DNA of 64,000 nucleotides from Pocillopora damicornis (Eukaryota): NCBI RefSeq assembly GCF_003704095.1, contig NW_020844827.1, positions 124,001 to 188,000 of the forward strand, read 5' to 3'. Shown piece by piece: positions 12,001 to 24,251 of this stretch (position 1 is its first letter; each line of letters starts with the position of its first letter). The notes under the pieces were generated by a model. It saw only the letters and a program-made list of their open reading frames with translations, ran no database searches and was not told where the DNA came from. The position numbers and the translations under genes were made by a program.

Positions 12001-14077
12001 TTTACCGAACCAATCAGATGCCAAGCTGAAATTAACCGTCACTTGGTCGCCCCCGTTTTCCCGCGCTTTAGGCTGTCGAGTCTTCGTTGTCTATTCTGAT
12101 ATTTTACTCTGATCTGATTGGCTGATGGTATTGCCTAAATACTTTTTTTCCATTTTAAAGGAGAGAAGAGAAACAACGTGAAAAAGAAATGCTTCAGAGA
12201 ATGGAAGAGGAGAGGTTACGTCAAGAGGAAACAGAACGACGAAAAGCCGAGCAGGAACTGAGACTTAGAGAGGCCCAGGCTCAGCCCGTTCGAATCCCAG
12301 ACTCTTACGCCACTTTTCGTCGTCCAGGCCCCCAACATGTATATGATGTCAATGATGACACCTCCACTTACTTAGCGCCAGCTCCGTCGCAACTTTCTGG
12401 TTTTGCGGAATTTAGTGGTACGTTTTAAACTTGTTGATTGTGTTGGGAGTTGTTAGAGAATACAGACTGAACATAGCTGTTAATTTTTCTTTTGTCAGGT
12501 CCACAGTGTTATGTAAAACCGAGCGGAAAGTCTAACAGAAAAATAATCGTTAATGCCATCTCCCACGTGTGTTTGTCAGGCACAGTGAACCAAGATCAGA
12601 AGGAAAAATGTTTACAGGTTTGTAGAGATGTTATCCTTTTCTGTGGGGTTGTTAAACCCTTTACACCCTAACATCAATATGTATATTCTCCACACTTTTC
12701 TTCATACATTATCTAAGGTGCTGACAAGGAGAATTTGTTTAACAATCAAGAGCTTCTTTACTTGGTGATCATTTCCTTAATTCTCATGACCTTAATGTAT
12801 GATTCAGTGGTGATATTGTAAGAAGAATTAGACGCTAGTCACTTTTACGTGTCAAAGGATTATCTCTTTCACCTCCAGAATATTCAGAAGCTGAATTCTC
12901 TTTACGAGTTCAATACTCTTTCAAACAGACAGATAAACTGCCAGAAACTGTGGTCCTTGTAATAGATGGAGTAATTAATACCTTTTGCGTCTTTTTTTTT
13001 TCAGGCTATTTCAGAATCTGATGGCCATCACTTCATGATTTTATTTAAAGACGGTCTGAAGTTCCGAGGGATGTATGTGCACAACCTTGAAAACGATCAG
13101 GTTAATATTCGTTCCTTTGTTGATCCTGGTTATCCTGTGCTTCATTGTAAGATGTTCTCGAGCCTCAACAGACCTCCCCGACTCCTGCAAAGATGAAATA
13201 TCCCCCCTTTTGTATTACTAAAGGCTTTTTGATTTCCGGAGGGGGGAAGTTGTGTCGAACGGAGTAACGTCTTGTCCTCTTAGTTCTTTGTTTGATCCTT
13301 TTAAAGCCTTTGGAGAAGACTTTTTTTTTGTTTTCTTGAGTAACAAGCATCTTAAAGTAGAAGGAACTTCCTGAATACATAATGGAGGTGAAAGCGCTCT
13401 AAGTAAAGAACTACTTTTTCGGGGATTGCTGTAGTTTCGAGATGAAATCTTACCTTAATGACGTTCTGTTCACAGCTGTTCAAAATCTTTGGAATAGGAC
13501 CTCGTGTTATCACAAACAAAATGATTGAAAGTCTTTACAAGTAAGTAAGACATAAACGTGTTTCTCTTTGTACTGGTGGCCTAATGGGTAGCGTGCAGGA
13601 CTTGCACGCGAGAGATCCGGGTTCGAAACCAGGCCGAATTATTGTATTTTGCCTCTGGGTAAGACGCCTTCTCGCGGTGCCTTTCTCACTGAGTTGTATG
13701 AAAAGCTACTGAAAATTGTCAGTTAAACCTGAAAGAATGCTCTGGTTTTGCCTTGGATGGTGCAGAGGGGTTGTAATTCCCCTATTCGTTCACGCTGCAG
13801 AAACCGAGTCGGCTACGGCAGCACTACGAGTCAATTTCTAAAGCAAACCTTATTTTATCATTTTACCACAAAAACGTAGCTTAATCATTTTGTTTTTTGT
13901 TTTTTTCCAAGGTATAACAGTGGAGGCAAAGAATTTACGAAGATTCCGTCCAAGACTTTATCAATTTCTGTAGACGGCTTCGCGATCCAGAAATCTTGTT
14001 GGAATACCAGTAAACCTGTTGTACAATCTAAGACATCCTCCAACCTCAAGAGACCTCCCCGACCCCCGCAGAGATGA
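1..14077 (+). CDS. CAMSAP: CAMSAP/Patronin-family microtubule minus-end protein (5' part outside window)
   Basis: Phase-consistent exons <1-1864, 1965-2109, 5258-9973, 10607-10833, 11026-11559, 11675-11784, 12161-12417, 12499-12617, 13005-13100, 13476-13540, 13912-14077 (TGA). They encode coiled coils (LRMQLEEKRRHIEAEK...RLGQTAFWYVI; QQRKRERFMKARQKK) and a CKK domain (GPQCYVKPSGKSNRKIIVNAISHVCLSGTVN...HHFMILFKDGLKFRGMY...GIGPRVIT...LYKYNSGGKEFTKIPSKTLSISVDGFAI). Confidence 0.9.
5258..9973 (+). CDS. Giant 4,716-nt exon of the CAMSAP gene (low complexity, ~15 novel repeats)
   Basis: Acceptor tcttcag|ATTGCATG at 5258 and donor CAAG|gtttgt after 9973. Both boundaries are phase 1 and in frame with flanking exons 1965-2109 and 10607-10833. 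Corresponds to ORF 5263-10002. Confidence 0.8.
10341..10560 (+). mobile_element. tRNA-derived SINE (degenerate)
   Basis: tRNA-like head with A/B-box-like motifs (tggcctgatgtctagcg...gggttcaatac), then ggtcattgtgttgtgttcttgggcaaga, which is shared with copies at ~13575, ~27600 and ~35700-35925. Confidence 0.65.
12652..12862. mobile_element. TTAA-flanked non-autonomous MITE (piggyBac-like ends)
   Basis: Starts ccctttacacccta and ends gtgtcaaagg. Internal gacaaggagaatttgtttaacaatcaagagcttc is shared with many copies in the window. Confidence 0.6.
13575..13830 (+). mobile_element. tRNA-derived SINE (degenerate)
   Basis: ggtggcctaatgggtagcgtgc...ccgggttcgaaacc head, with a body similar to the 10341 copy. 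Confidence 0.6.
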
Positions 14078-14704
14078 AANNNNNNNNNNNNNNNNNNNNN
14101 NNNNNNNNNNNNNNNNNNNNNNNNNNNNNNNNNNNNNNNNNNNNNNNNNNNNNNNNNNNNNNNNNNNNNNNNNNNNNNNAAACAGAATTATTAACTGAAA
14201 ATTACTTTTTTCAGTGGATTTACATTTAAATTTCCTCTATACCTTTGGCAAAGTAGAATCTGACTCTTGCAAAATTTCATGCGAAGCATTCTTGTAGGCT
14301 GTAATTTCTGCTTTCCTATCTGTTAATCTCTCGTACCAATCTCAAACATTTAATTCTCTTTATTGACCCTGAGCACCAGGAGAGCCTCGTTCTCGCGTTC
14401 GTCAGTTCAATTTCACTAATACAGAATAACAAGACCAGACTCGATTGGAGTCCTCTTGAGGAGGATAGACTGGAAACAAATCTGACGAGATATCGCTATC
14501 GGAGTCTAAAGAGGTCACAGGATACGTGGCAGAAGAGCCAATTTATATGTTTTGTTGTCCGCCAGATAAAACGTGGAAATACATATCATGGATTAAGTTT
14601 CTGAGGAAACTGGTATTCTGAATCATTGATGCTCAAGAGCTCTGAAAGATAGCGAAGGACACTTCATCTGATATTTACGTTTTGAGAACTGTGTTTTGAA
14701 TGCG

Positions 14705-14890
14705 ATGGGGAATTACTGCTGTAGTCGCGAGTCACCCGATGCTGGTCGTCCACTGCTTTACGAGAAGATTGGTCCCGAAAACGGCGAGAAAAAAGAAGGA
14801 GGCACTGATGAAGAAAAAACTGCAATATTGGAAACTCATGAAAGTAACACTGAAAATACTGGACCCAAAGAATTGTTCAGTTCAGAATGA
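14705..14890 (+). CDS. Putative 61-aa lipid-anchored microprotein (MGNYCC...)
   Basis: ATG at 14705 in context gcgATGG. N-terminal Gly2 plus Cys-Cys is a myristoylation/palmitoylation-type start. Acidic dileucine-like motifs DAGRPLL and EEKTAIL. Purine-rich, coding-like composition. Confidence 0.45.
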   Translation: MGNYCCSRESPDAGRPLLYEKIGPENGEKKEGGTDEEKTAILETHESNTENTGPKELFSSE

Positions 14891-17452
14891 TTTTCACGAT
14901 AGATGTAATCTGTTTGATATTGAACAAAGATAGTCATGTCCGCAATTGGGAACCATCGGAAAGTAACATTTTTAGCGTTCATTAACAAACGTACTCCGAA
15001 TACTTTGGCAATTAATCTTTGTGGAATATTACCAAAGAAGTGAATCTGTCTGAGAAATTTCTTGATCGATGTGTTGTAAGATGTGTAAAACAGCGACGTC
15101 ACACCGTGAAACAAAACAATGTGGATTCGACTTTTTTAATATTTATGCAAATCCTAACCAATTGTGGATCACTGGGTTGGCCTGTGGTCGTGTGAAATTC
15201 TGTATCAGATAAAACTGATGAAAAGAAAATTCGGAAGTTATTGATTGCAGGAAACCATCTGTACAATTTCGGATCTATGCCTGAAAGCGTTTTACGCATT
15301 CAATTCATGTGAAAGCCGTTTCTATGGCGAGAAAGTTGTATCAGAAAAATTTAAACTCCGCTGAAATAAATTAGACCCAACGAGTGCGTATTACTTTGAC
15401 AGATTATCTTAACAAGAGGTGTGCTCATTGGCTTCATTTCTAGTCATAATTTACGAATGTATTCCATTGAAATCGCACCGCAGTCTTTAAGGAACAGCTG
15501 CCATGATGTCTGACAAGAACTCGGTAATGAAAACGGTTGAGCAGATTTCAAGTTTTAAGCACATTTTATAGTGATACCTCCATTGTGTTAAAGAAAAAAA
15601 AAACAGCTGTTCCCAAACATGAATACTTTTCGCGCTGCAAATTCACGCCGTGTACTAATTGAAAAAATAGTGGACAGACCTGAAACATTTTTGAACTTCT
15701 ATCGGTTCTAAAACTGTGAATTAAGAATTTATACTTTCTTCGATATTTCAACTCGCGCGAATATTTTCCGAGTTCTGTTGAATTTTTCCGAGTGCCGTAA
15801 TGGGGAGGGAAATAAGAGAAATGCGCTAAATGTTCCCCCGTATGATATGCTAAGTCATCAAATAAGAGATTTATTTTTCCACAATTATTTCATTTTCTAG
15901 TATTTTGGCATTTAGTTTTCGAAAAACATCCCACAGCCTTATTGAGCATCATACCGATTGCACCAGGCGTGCGCGAAAGACGAAAGTAACACAAAAGGAA
16001 ACCATCAGTGTTCGCTCATGACCAAAAACAAAAATATGTAATGCCCTTAACTAGTATTAAACATAGTTTTGAAAGTTAAGCTTAAAATGGGGAAAATGAA
16101 AGGTTAGATCGTTCAGAACGGCTATTTTGTTACTCCGCTTTCCGTCCGTATTTTTTTTCCTGTTCTATAATGTGATACCGTCACGTACTTTGCCCGTTCT
16201 GTTGCCCTTGTATGATAAATCGGCCTTATAGTGGATTTATAATTTCTGATAAACATGGAGAGTCAAAGGTTAGTTCAAGTAGTAAGAGGGCCAACTTAAT
16301 TTTTTTATTTACCAAGGATGTGAGTATCGTGATTAATTTCAGTAGACAGCCACTACCGGTAACAAATGGAACTGCGTTCGTTTTCCAAGAAATCCTCTCT
16401 TTAATTGGGTAGATATCTCAATCTATAAACAATTTCTGACCAACAAATCTCTTTTGTTCTGTGTAATTGAAATAAATTACGTATTTCAAAGGAATCGTCT
16501 TTCCTCAGGGTGTTATGAAAATAATTTAGGAACAAGCTTAGACATTGCAGCATTTAGAAATTATAAATTGGGCAAAACTGACATGAATTCATTACTGAAA
16601 AACGATTGCTGACGTTGCGGAAAATTATCAATGATACTCGACGAAAGTGCAAGATCTCGTTTTGCTTGAACACTCACCATAATGAGAAATTTAAATAAAA
16701 AAACCAAGTTATCAGTCACAAAGGAAAAAATAATTAATGGCAATTAGGAGGACTCCTCAGTGTGTTAACAAAAACTCTATAGCCCACGTGTATTTTGTTT
16801 TGACAAAAACGTTAAGTGTTTGTTTCTATCCACAAGTGGAGAAACGATCACATTTCAATCACATGATGACTGTTTCCGTGATCTTCTGTTTTGGTTCAAC
16901 AACTCATCTAGCAACTTGGGACATAGCCAAACTTTCAGTTTTATAAGTCAGGAAGTTTTGATCTCCCGTAGATTTTAATTCTTGTAAGATGTATTAAAAT
17001 AACGGATTAAAATGACGCGAAAATGAAATAGTCTTGTTGCTTCAAGTGGATTTTTTTCCATGAGGTTTGCAACCAATTTCACCCAACTAATCGCCGTACA
17101 AAAATATCTAAACTGTTCTTGTCTTTTTAGAAGGAGATTTAGCAGCCTATTGCGTTTTGTTCTTCATTCTGTGACGGCACATGAACCGAATTTATTAGTA
17201 CTTGGAAAATTGGAAATTGCATATAAAAACATTTGATGGTACAGATGCGTTACAGCAATAATTTGATAAATATAGCGAAGCAGTTAAGAGGTATTTCGTT
17301 TTCTTGTTGTCATATTTGGCCATGATATTTCCTGATTGGTTGAAAAGATCGGAATTGTCATCACCAATTCCTCTCGGTTTTCAGGATTTAAAACACGTCC
17401 CTTCAAATGGTTTTATTCATTCTGTCAGCTCGTCCGCATACTTCACAACACA

Positions 17453-20400
17453 ATGGCTCGCTTTATAGTGGTCATCGCATTCTTGGCTTTCTGCAACATC
17501 GTCTACGCACTGCCGACATGGGAGAATGGTATGTAACAATTTTCATGTAAAATAGTGTTGCTTGCTCGCAATACGTGTCAAATGTTACCCCTTTTTTTGC
17601 TCTTTCTCGGCATCGGATACTTTCGATCAACATTACTGATCCTAGAAGTCTGTAGAACGCCTTGCCTATACATCCCGTTCGATGTGGTTTAACAAAAAGA
17701 CAGTGCAAATATCTTGCATTTTCGAGCCCCGTAGGACGAAACAATGAGCATTATGTCCGCTCCAAACATATTTAAAACCATCGAAAAATGGATTTTTCAT
17801 TCCACTAATATTTCATTTTCGAGTATTTTGGCTCCAAGGTTTCGAAATACATCCCACGGTATATATATAATAATGATGCCGATGCTCTATCACTGAGCCA
17901 CTGAACCACTTACGAAGTTCATATGACACGCGTCCTGTATACGTGTTAGGATCAGCAATGGGGACTCAGAATTTTTTCCTTGACCCACGCTAGTGCTAAG
18001 ACGAAAACATCTTTCTCAATTTCTTTACCGATATCTTCTTTGAACCATGGATGGTTGTTACGACACATTAATCTTGCCCCTAATTAATCAAAACAGGCGC
18101 CTTAACGTACACTTAGCTCTAAGTTCGTGATAAAGATTTTCTCCGCCTAAAGAACACGCCCTACAGATTCTAAGCCGTTTAATCTGACACTGAAATTTTT
18201 ATTGCAGAAGACGAAGCGGATTTCAGTTCGTCTTCCCTACAGATTACTCGCCGTCGCTGCAGCTGTTCTGATGATCATCACAAATGCGGCTGCTGCCTTC
18301 AAATCAGGGCACCTGCATTCCAAAATTATGACGAAGCGGATGGTAAGTATAAATTTTAAAATAATTATTTCAGATGCTAAAGACTCTTTAGAAATTCTTA
18401 GCTCGGAAAAACCTGGAAACTAGTGACAGGCGTAAAGGACTCGTTTTTTAAGAGTTGAACGATTTTGCAAATAGCACACGTAGTTTGGTGTTTAAATCTA
18501 GTTACCAAAGATTGGGTGTAGGTCTCGTATATTCGTAGAAGAGATCATGAAAAAGCAACTGACATTTCATTTTCTCTTCAACGAATGTGGTTATAATTGC
18601 CACAATGATGAACTTTCTGACGAAACGAGTGATGTTTGTATATATTCAACACATAGATGCCATGTTGCTGTGCTTCTGTTTAGTACTAGATCATTAATGT
18701 GGTAAGAACGAAAAAAGTGGCACACGCAGCCGAGTGTTACTGATGTTCCTTCCGCATTTTGACATTTTTGTGATCTTTTACTGAACGGACCAATGGGGAC
18801 ATGGAATCTATTTGTTTTTATGATGAAAAACATCAAGTGACCGTGCTTAGTGGTGACGCCATTTATGCGTATTTGGTGACGTCATGCGTTTAAGTGGTGA
18901 CGCCATACGGTGACGTCTGTTATGACGTCATTTATACGTCTGTCCTCCAATAGATCATAGGAACCAATCAAAATGATTATTTATTTGACTTTTTACAGTG
19001 TGTATGAATTCGTCTTTCGTCCCGTCGCCATTGGTGAGCTTCACTTCTTTTACTTCTATTATTGCTAATTTTGATGATTTTGACTTTGACTTGACACTTA
19101 CCTTTTTTTTTTTTTTCGGAAAATTGCAACTTAACAATGCGTTATAAATTAGCTGAAAGGGAAAATTTAGCATTTGATGCATGTAGTAGTCTAACCTTAA
19201 CACATTGCATTCCGTTACAGGCGGTGGACTTTTTCATGATGTGGAACAAACGTAAAGTTTTCAACCGCACTGTATCAGGTACGAACAGTTTCCTTCGTTT
19301 GCAAATGGATTAAGAATATCAGTGTTATCCAATTTGATTTTCATCACTTTCCCTTCGGCAAATTTAACTTTTTCATTTTCATTGCGTTCCTTCATCTTCT
19401 TCTTCTTTGAACTGTAACGATGTCGTCACCTCATTTTGAGAAAAGCATTGCACCACAAACGGAACGCAGCCTCAGAAAAGTGATTAAAGGCAGGAATTTG
19501 TTTTAGTCCTAAGGCAGCTTTTCTTGCGTAATTTCGTAGGCATGTTTTTTTTTTCTTGACAATTTACAAGGAAAATTATTCCATTTACACCCATCCACCA
19601 TAACTTCTCCGATGGTCCATGACTTAAACAGTTTATTTTTGCCGTCACGCTACCGTCACGCCACTAGCTCTCCACTGGAAGATACATTACGCGACAACAG
19701 AGGTAATGCAGATCAGATATCGCCAGCGTAGACTGCGCTTCTGCTATTGACCGCACAAATTTTCTTTTTTCCTAACGACAGATTCCCGTCCACGGCCTGC
19801 ATGTTTTGACATTCCCCGTCTGAATTATGGAAAGGCCTGCGTGAAATTCACCAAGATTACGATCAAGAGAGATCACACTGGAGGATGTGCAGCTCTGGAA
19901 TTAAAATCGAGGCACAGCGGAAGAGACATTCCTCTCGGCTGCTTCTTCTTCCACGGTAGGGACGGGCATGGAGTGGACATGGAGACCTTTCTAGATCCTG
20001 CGTCGTTCATGTCCTTACTGAAAAATGTCTTTCAAGCGTCAAAGGTTAGTATTACTTCATCTTTGGTTCATTTGACTTACCGTGTAGCTCTTAATTAGCG
20101 CACCACTTCCTGGTCTATGAATCTCATACCTCAACTTCTCTCGAAGAGTTTTAGGCAACTGGTACCCAGCTTCTCTCCCCTTTATCTCTCTTCTCCTTTT
20201 CCTATGCAAAAGAGATAGAGCCTGGGAACAAGGTTNNNNNNNNNNTAGATCTTAAAGCTGGCAAGTAATAGAATTAATTTCAGTCGGCTTGACTCCAGTG
20301 TTCCAAATTTTAAGCCAAATGGATTTCTATGAGTTTCTATTTTTCTTCCTTCATTTTGAATCATGTTTCAATTTTTTTTATTTCACTTTTTTTTTCAGGA

Positions 20401-22673
20401 AAACCAGATCGATAGCATTAGTTTGCTGGCAAATCCACCTAAGGAGACACTAGATGGTGACGTCACAGAAGTGATGGCGGTTGACAAGGCCAGCTGCCAG
20501 TGTTCAAAGGCTCCAGCCCAATGTGACTGCTGTGCAGAGTTTAAAATATTTGGTCACTCTGTGAAAGGTAATATTGTTTGATCTTGGCTTATGTAACGGT
20601 TACACTCGCACAGGAAACTAAGTGGGTGGGGGGGGGGGAAGAAAGTGATTGACGAGAAGGGGGGAAGGGAGGGAGAGGAGACATATCGCAACCTTGTTAC
20701 GAGAGTTTTTCCTTCGTCCTGAAGATCAGGCTGGATTAAACTAGAAACTAGTTAAGCTTTGAGCCGAACGGCATTGGTTGTTTTGGAGAAAGTTCGAAGT
20801 TTGTCATTACAACACCAAATTTTTTTTAATAGTTTACAATGAAATGTATGGTTACTGAGAGGGTGTGTTACTGGTCAGATTACCGCTGCTCAATTGGAAA
20901 GTATGCGTTGAATGAACTCAGTGTATAATTCCTTTACACCTATATGAACCATAAGGCATCCATGGTCCACCTCTTCCTGATACCGAGGCCCGTTTCTTTA
21001 AAGTCCAAATAATTACCAATCCCAAAAAACTGTGTCTTCAGGTCTTTGATCTGAAAATATGTTACCATCGTTTTTCTTTTTCTTTTTTTTTTTCCAGCCT
21101 GTGCTCATGCAGACATCGATTCAACAGGACAGGTGAGGCACACAGAAATTTTATTCACGTCCGCTCCATCTTTTTCTGTCAACTATTTTTCCTTACATTT
21201 CCTCCTTCTTTTCCTTAACTTCTTTCTTAAAAAATTTTCTTGCTCTGTTTACATTATCCTTTTTCTTCTTTCCATCCATTTTACACCTAATTTCCTTCTA
21301 TTCATTTATTTTCTTTATCCTCAATCTCATTTCTTTCCATTTCTTCCTTCACAACCCTTTCATTCTTATTCATTTCCATCTCTTCTCGTGGAATCTCGTC
21401 TCTTTGGTGCGGAACTTCTATTCAGGGAATGCCCTAATGACTATAAAAGTGTATCCTGACTGGAGGTGTCCCTTAAACTAACGTACTAGATGCAAAGGTT
21501 ATACATTGGAACCTCCATTCTGGGTACTCCCCTGGAAGTAAGAAAAGTGCCCCTTTAATGACGGCCAAGGTCTTTTTCTTCCTTTGTCAAACAGGACCAA
21601 AGTTTTTGTCTCCTGAATAAAAGTGTTCTCTGACCGTGAGATGTCCCTCAAAAGAGAGGTTTTGTTGCAATTAATAACTCAGACCAAGTGGAAATTGAAG
21701 GTCCCCTTATTTTCTCATACTTAAAATTGTCAATGCCTTTTCTTTCTTTTTTTTTCATCTGCCAGGGATTTGATTTGGCGTTGATTATCAACGGTCACAC
21801 CATTTTCAAGAAGCATATATCGAGTGAGTAAAAGCTAATAGAAAGATCTCAAAAATAAGTTTCTTCTCCTGCATGGTTCATGCCTTAAATGGAGATTATT
21901 CCACGGAAAGTGCACACAAACGATTTTTATTCATGAGTTGCGATGCGTCAAAAAAAAAAACCAACAAGTGAGCGAAGCGAAGTGTAGAAAATTTTGTTGC
22001 ATCGCAACCAGTGAATAAAAATCGTTCAAACGCTTTCCATATGGTATGATGTTTCTCATTTCATGCATACTGAGATTTTTTTCACATTTCAATACAAAGA
22101 CTGGAAGCGAACGACTGTGAAAATACATCGGTTCCCAAGCTTTGACATAAGCGGTTCCGCTGTTGATGACAATTTTTACCTTACAGGGAACTTTAAAATT
22201 CCCAATCAACTAATTTCTGTCGTGAAAACTTCTGTTACTTTAAAAGCTGACTTCTCCCTGTATTTTCCAACAAGGAAAGTAAACTTTGTTTCATTTTTTA
22301 TTGCTGTTAGTCCTTGCGATCTGATTGGTTCTTAGCATTGTATTTCATCACGAATCGCACCACTTAATACTCTAAATTACCTCTATCTTTCAGCCAATCG
22401 TAATGGAACAGTACAACAATCTGATTCGTTCTCAGCAGTGTGGTTTGATATTTAATCGGTTTTGATTTTTTTTCAGTTCGAGACCCACCAGAAATTTGCC
22501 ACACTTTCCACTTATTCACCTTTTCAGTGAAGGCGTGCCTTAAAATTACACAAGTTTCGCTGAAACCCGGTCACACGGGCGCATGCTTGGAATTGGACGT
22601 GAGCCGGGCCAAGCTCTCCTTGGGATGTTTCTATGGAGCGAGCTACCTGGGATCTGGGGAAAGAATAGAATGA
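17453..22673 (+). CDS. Secreted Cys-rich protein with two tandem DUF4773-like domains
   Basis: Exons 17453-17528 (signal peptide MARFIVVIAFLAFCNIVYA), 18208-18342, 18999-19033, 19221-19278, 19782-20044, 20399-20567, 21098-21132, 21766-21823, 22477-22673 (TGA), all phase-consistent. Each half has CxC...CxCC...C...N...S..(R/D)P.P.C...AC...G(G/A)C..L...LGCF. Confidence 0.8.
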
Positions 22674-23575
22674 TGGTGCGCCATACGCCTGATGGGATAA
22701 CCAAAGCTGTTAAAAAAATTGTAACATGATTGCAATATGATCAAGTTAAATTTTTATGTGCAAAGTCAATTGAATGATTATGTTCTTCCTTAGTTTATAG
22801 CTGAAAATGGAGACTTTCCTAGGAAACAATAAAGTGCAGCTCTTCAAAAAATTAACAAGACCTTTTATGAATCATAAAAAACTTGAAACTAAATCTGTAG
22901 TATGAAAGAATGGGAACAGGAATGTGATTTTGACAGTTTGACAAGATAAAATAAAAACGATTTTGACTTGTTATTTATTTATTTATTTATTTTTCAACCA
23001 GGTTCCCCTTTCATCCACAAGGTTTTTTAATTTAGATTTTTGCCGCATAATTTGTAATTTGTCAGCAATTTCTCTCTTATTCCCGGTTGTTCAAAGATGG
23101 TGGTGCAGGAAATCAGAGGAAAACGTTCTCCGCTGCCATCTTGAATTAAGCTAAAAAAAACAAAGTGTGGCGTAGATTGATATGAATGTGGTTCACTTGT
23201 TGGTTACTTATGTTTCTACTTTGAAATTAGTGGTGATCTTTACGATCTGATTGGCTCTCGTCTGTGCGATTTACTCACAAATTACACTTTTTCCCAGCCA
23301 GTAAGGAGGCTAAAACAAAAACACAGTAACCAATCAAATTTCAAGGCTTGTCTGAAATAAACAATCAAATGACAAAAAAACGAAAACAACTTTTGCAATC
23401 AATTAGTCTTTCGCTGAGACCATGGTTAAAGAATTATTTTGGGTATAGAACATTTTATTGCGATCAGTGGGATGACTCTCCTACGAAAGAGCTGCACTGA
23501 AGTGTCTTTTTTTTAACCGCTGAGAAGCTCCGAAGCCGAATTTTATCAAAAGTTGAAAATTATAAAAATAGATGT

Positions 23576-23832
23576 AAAAGACTACGGAGTTTCTTGGCAG
23601 TGGTCTTCTTTAAGCACGGAATGATTATCTCGAGACATCACGTGGTAATCCACGAAGCTTGCCCCTGGTAATGCGTCGATCAATCCAAAGCTTCCACTTC
23701 TCCCCGCCGCCGGTCCAACACAATCTTTTGGTAAAAGGCAAATCAACGCCCGTGACTTTCCACACATTGACCAAACTTTAAAACCTAGAGCGCGTGGAAA
23801 CCTAGACCTTTTCTTCTGAGCCATTCGCTCGC
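23576..23832 (-). ncRNA. Candidate Pol III structured RNA with an RNase P/MRP-like P4 helix (tentative)
   Basis: On the minus strand GGAAAGUCACGG (23750-23761) can pair with CCGUGCUU (23612-23619) with a single bulged U. The 5' and 3' ends are complementary. A TATA-like box lies ~28 nt upstream and T-runs lie downstream. An 80-aa ORF overlaps the same interval and is an alternative reading. Confidence 0.35.
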
Positions 23833-24080
23833 GAAAGTAAACTATTTACCTTTAAATACCTCCATAATTACATACAACTCTTATATTCCGTTGGAAATAC
23901 TAGACACTTCCGGCTCAAATTTCCCACCCCAGCCAGGCAAGGTTGACGCTCACTATCCCAGAGGTATGGATAACGGTCAAATGCCCGTGCATGCGATGTC
24001 CGCCTACTATGGACAAGTTGAAATTTAATGTTAATCCAGCTAAGATTGACGACTTAGATGATAAAATAAAGTGCAATTTG

Positions 24081-24103
24081 TATAGGTAATCACATGATTT
24101 CGA

Positions 24104-24139
<36 letters not shown>

Positions 24140-24251
24140 TCAAAGACTGACAAAATTGCACGAGCCCGTAGGGCGAGTGCAATTTGTGGTCTTTAAAAAA
24201 ATTAACAAGTGCTTGTTTATTCCAAATTGCACTAGAAAAATCATGTGATTA
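24081..24251. repeat. Long foldback (palindromic) element end
   Basis: ~75-bp imperfect inverted arms around the core ttgcacgagcccgtagggcgagtgcaa. Confidence 0.8.

Noticed and set aside
13575-13640. Possible tRNA gene
   Set aside because: The tRNA-like head continues into a repeated SINE body and lacks a proper acceptor stem and terminator.
18840-18945. Cluster of TGACGTCA/TGACGCCA (CRE-like) motifs
   Set aside because: Looks like local slippage at the end of an interspersed repeat (related sequence at ~63530-63675). No evidence for enhancer function.
21133-21459. 108-aa Phe/Leu-rich ORF
   Set aside because: Translation of a pyrimidine-rich low-complexity intron stretch.
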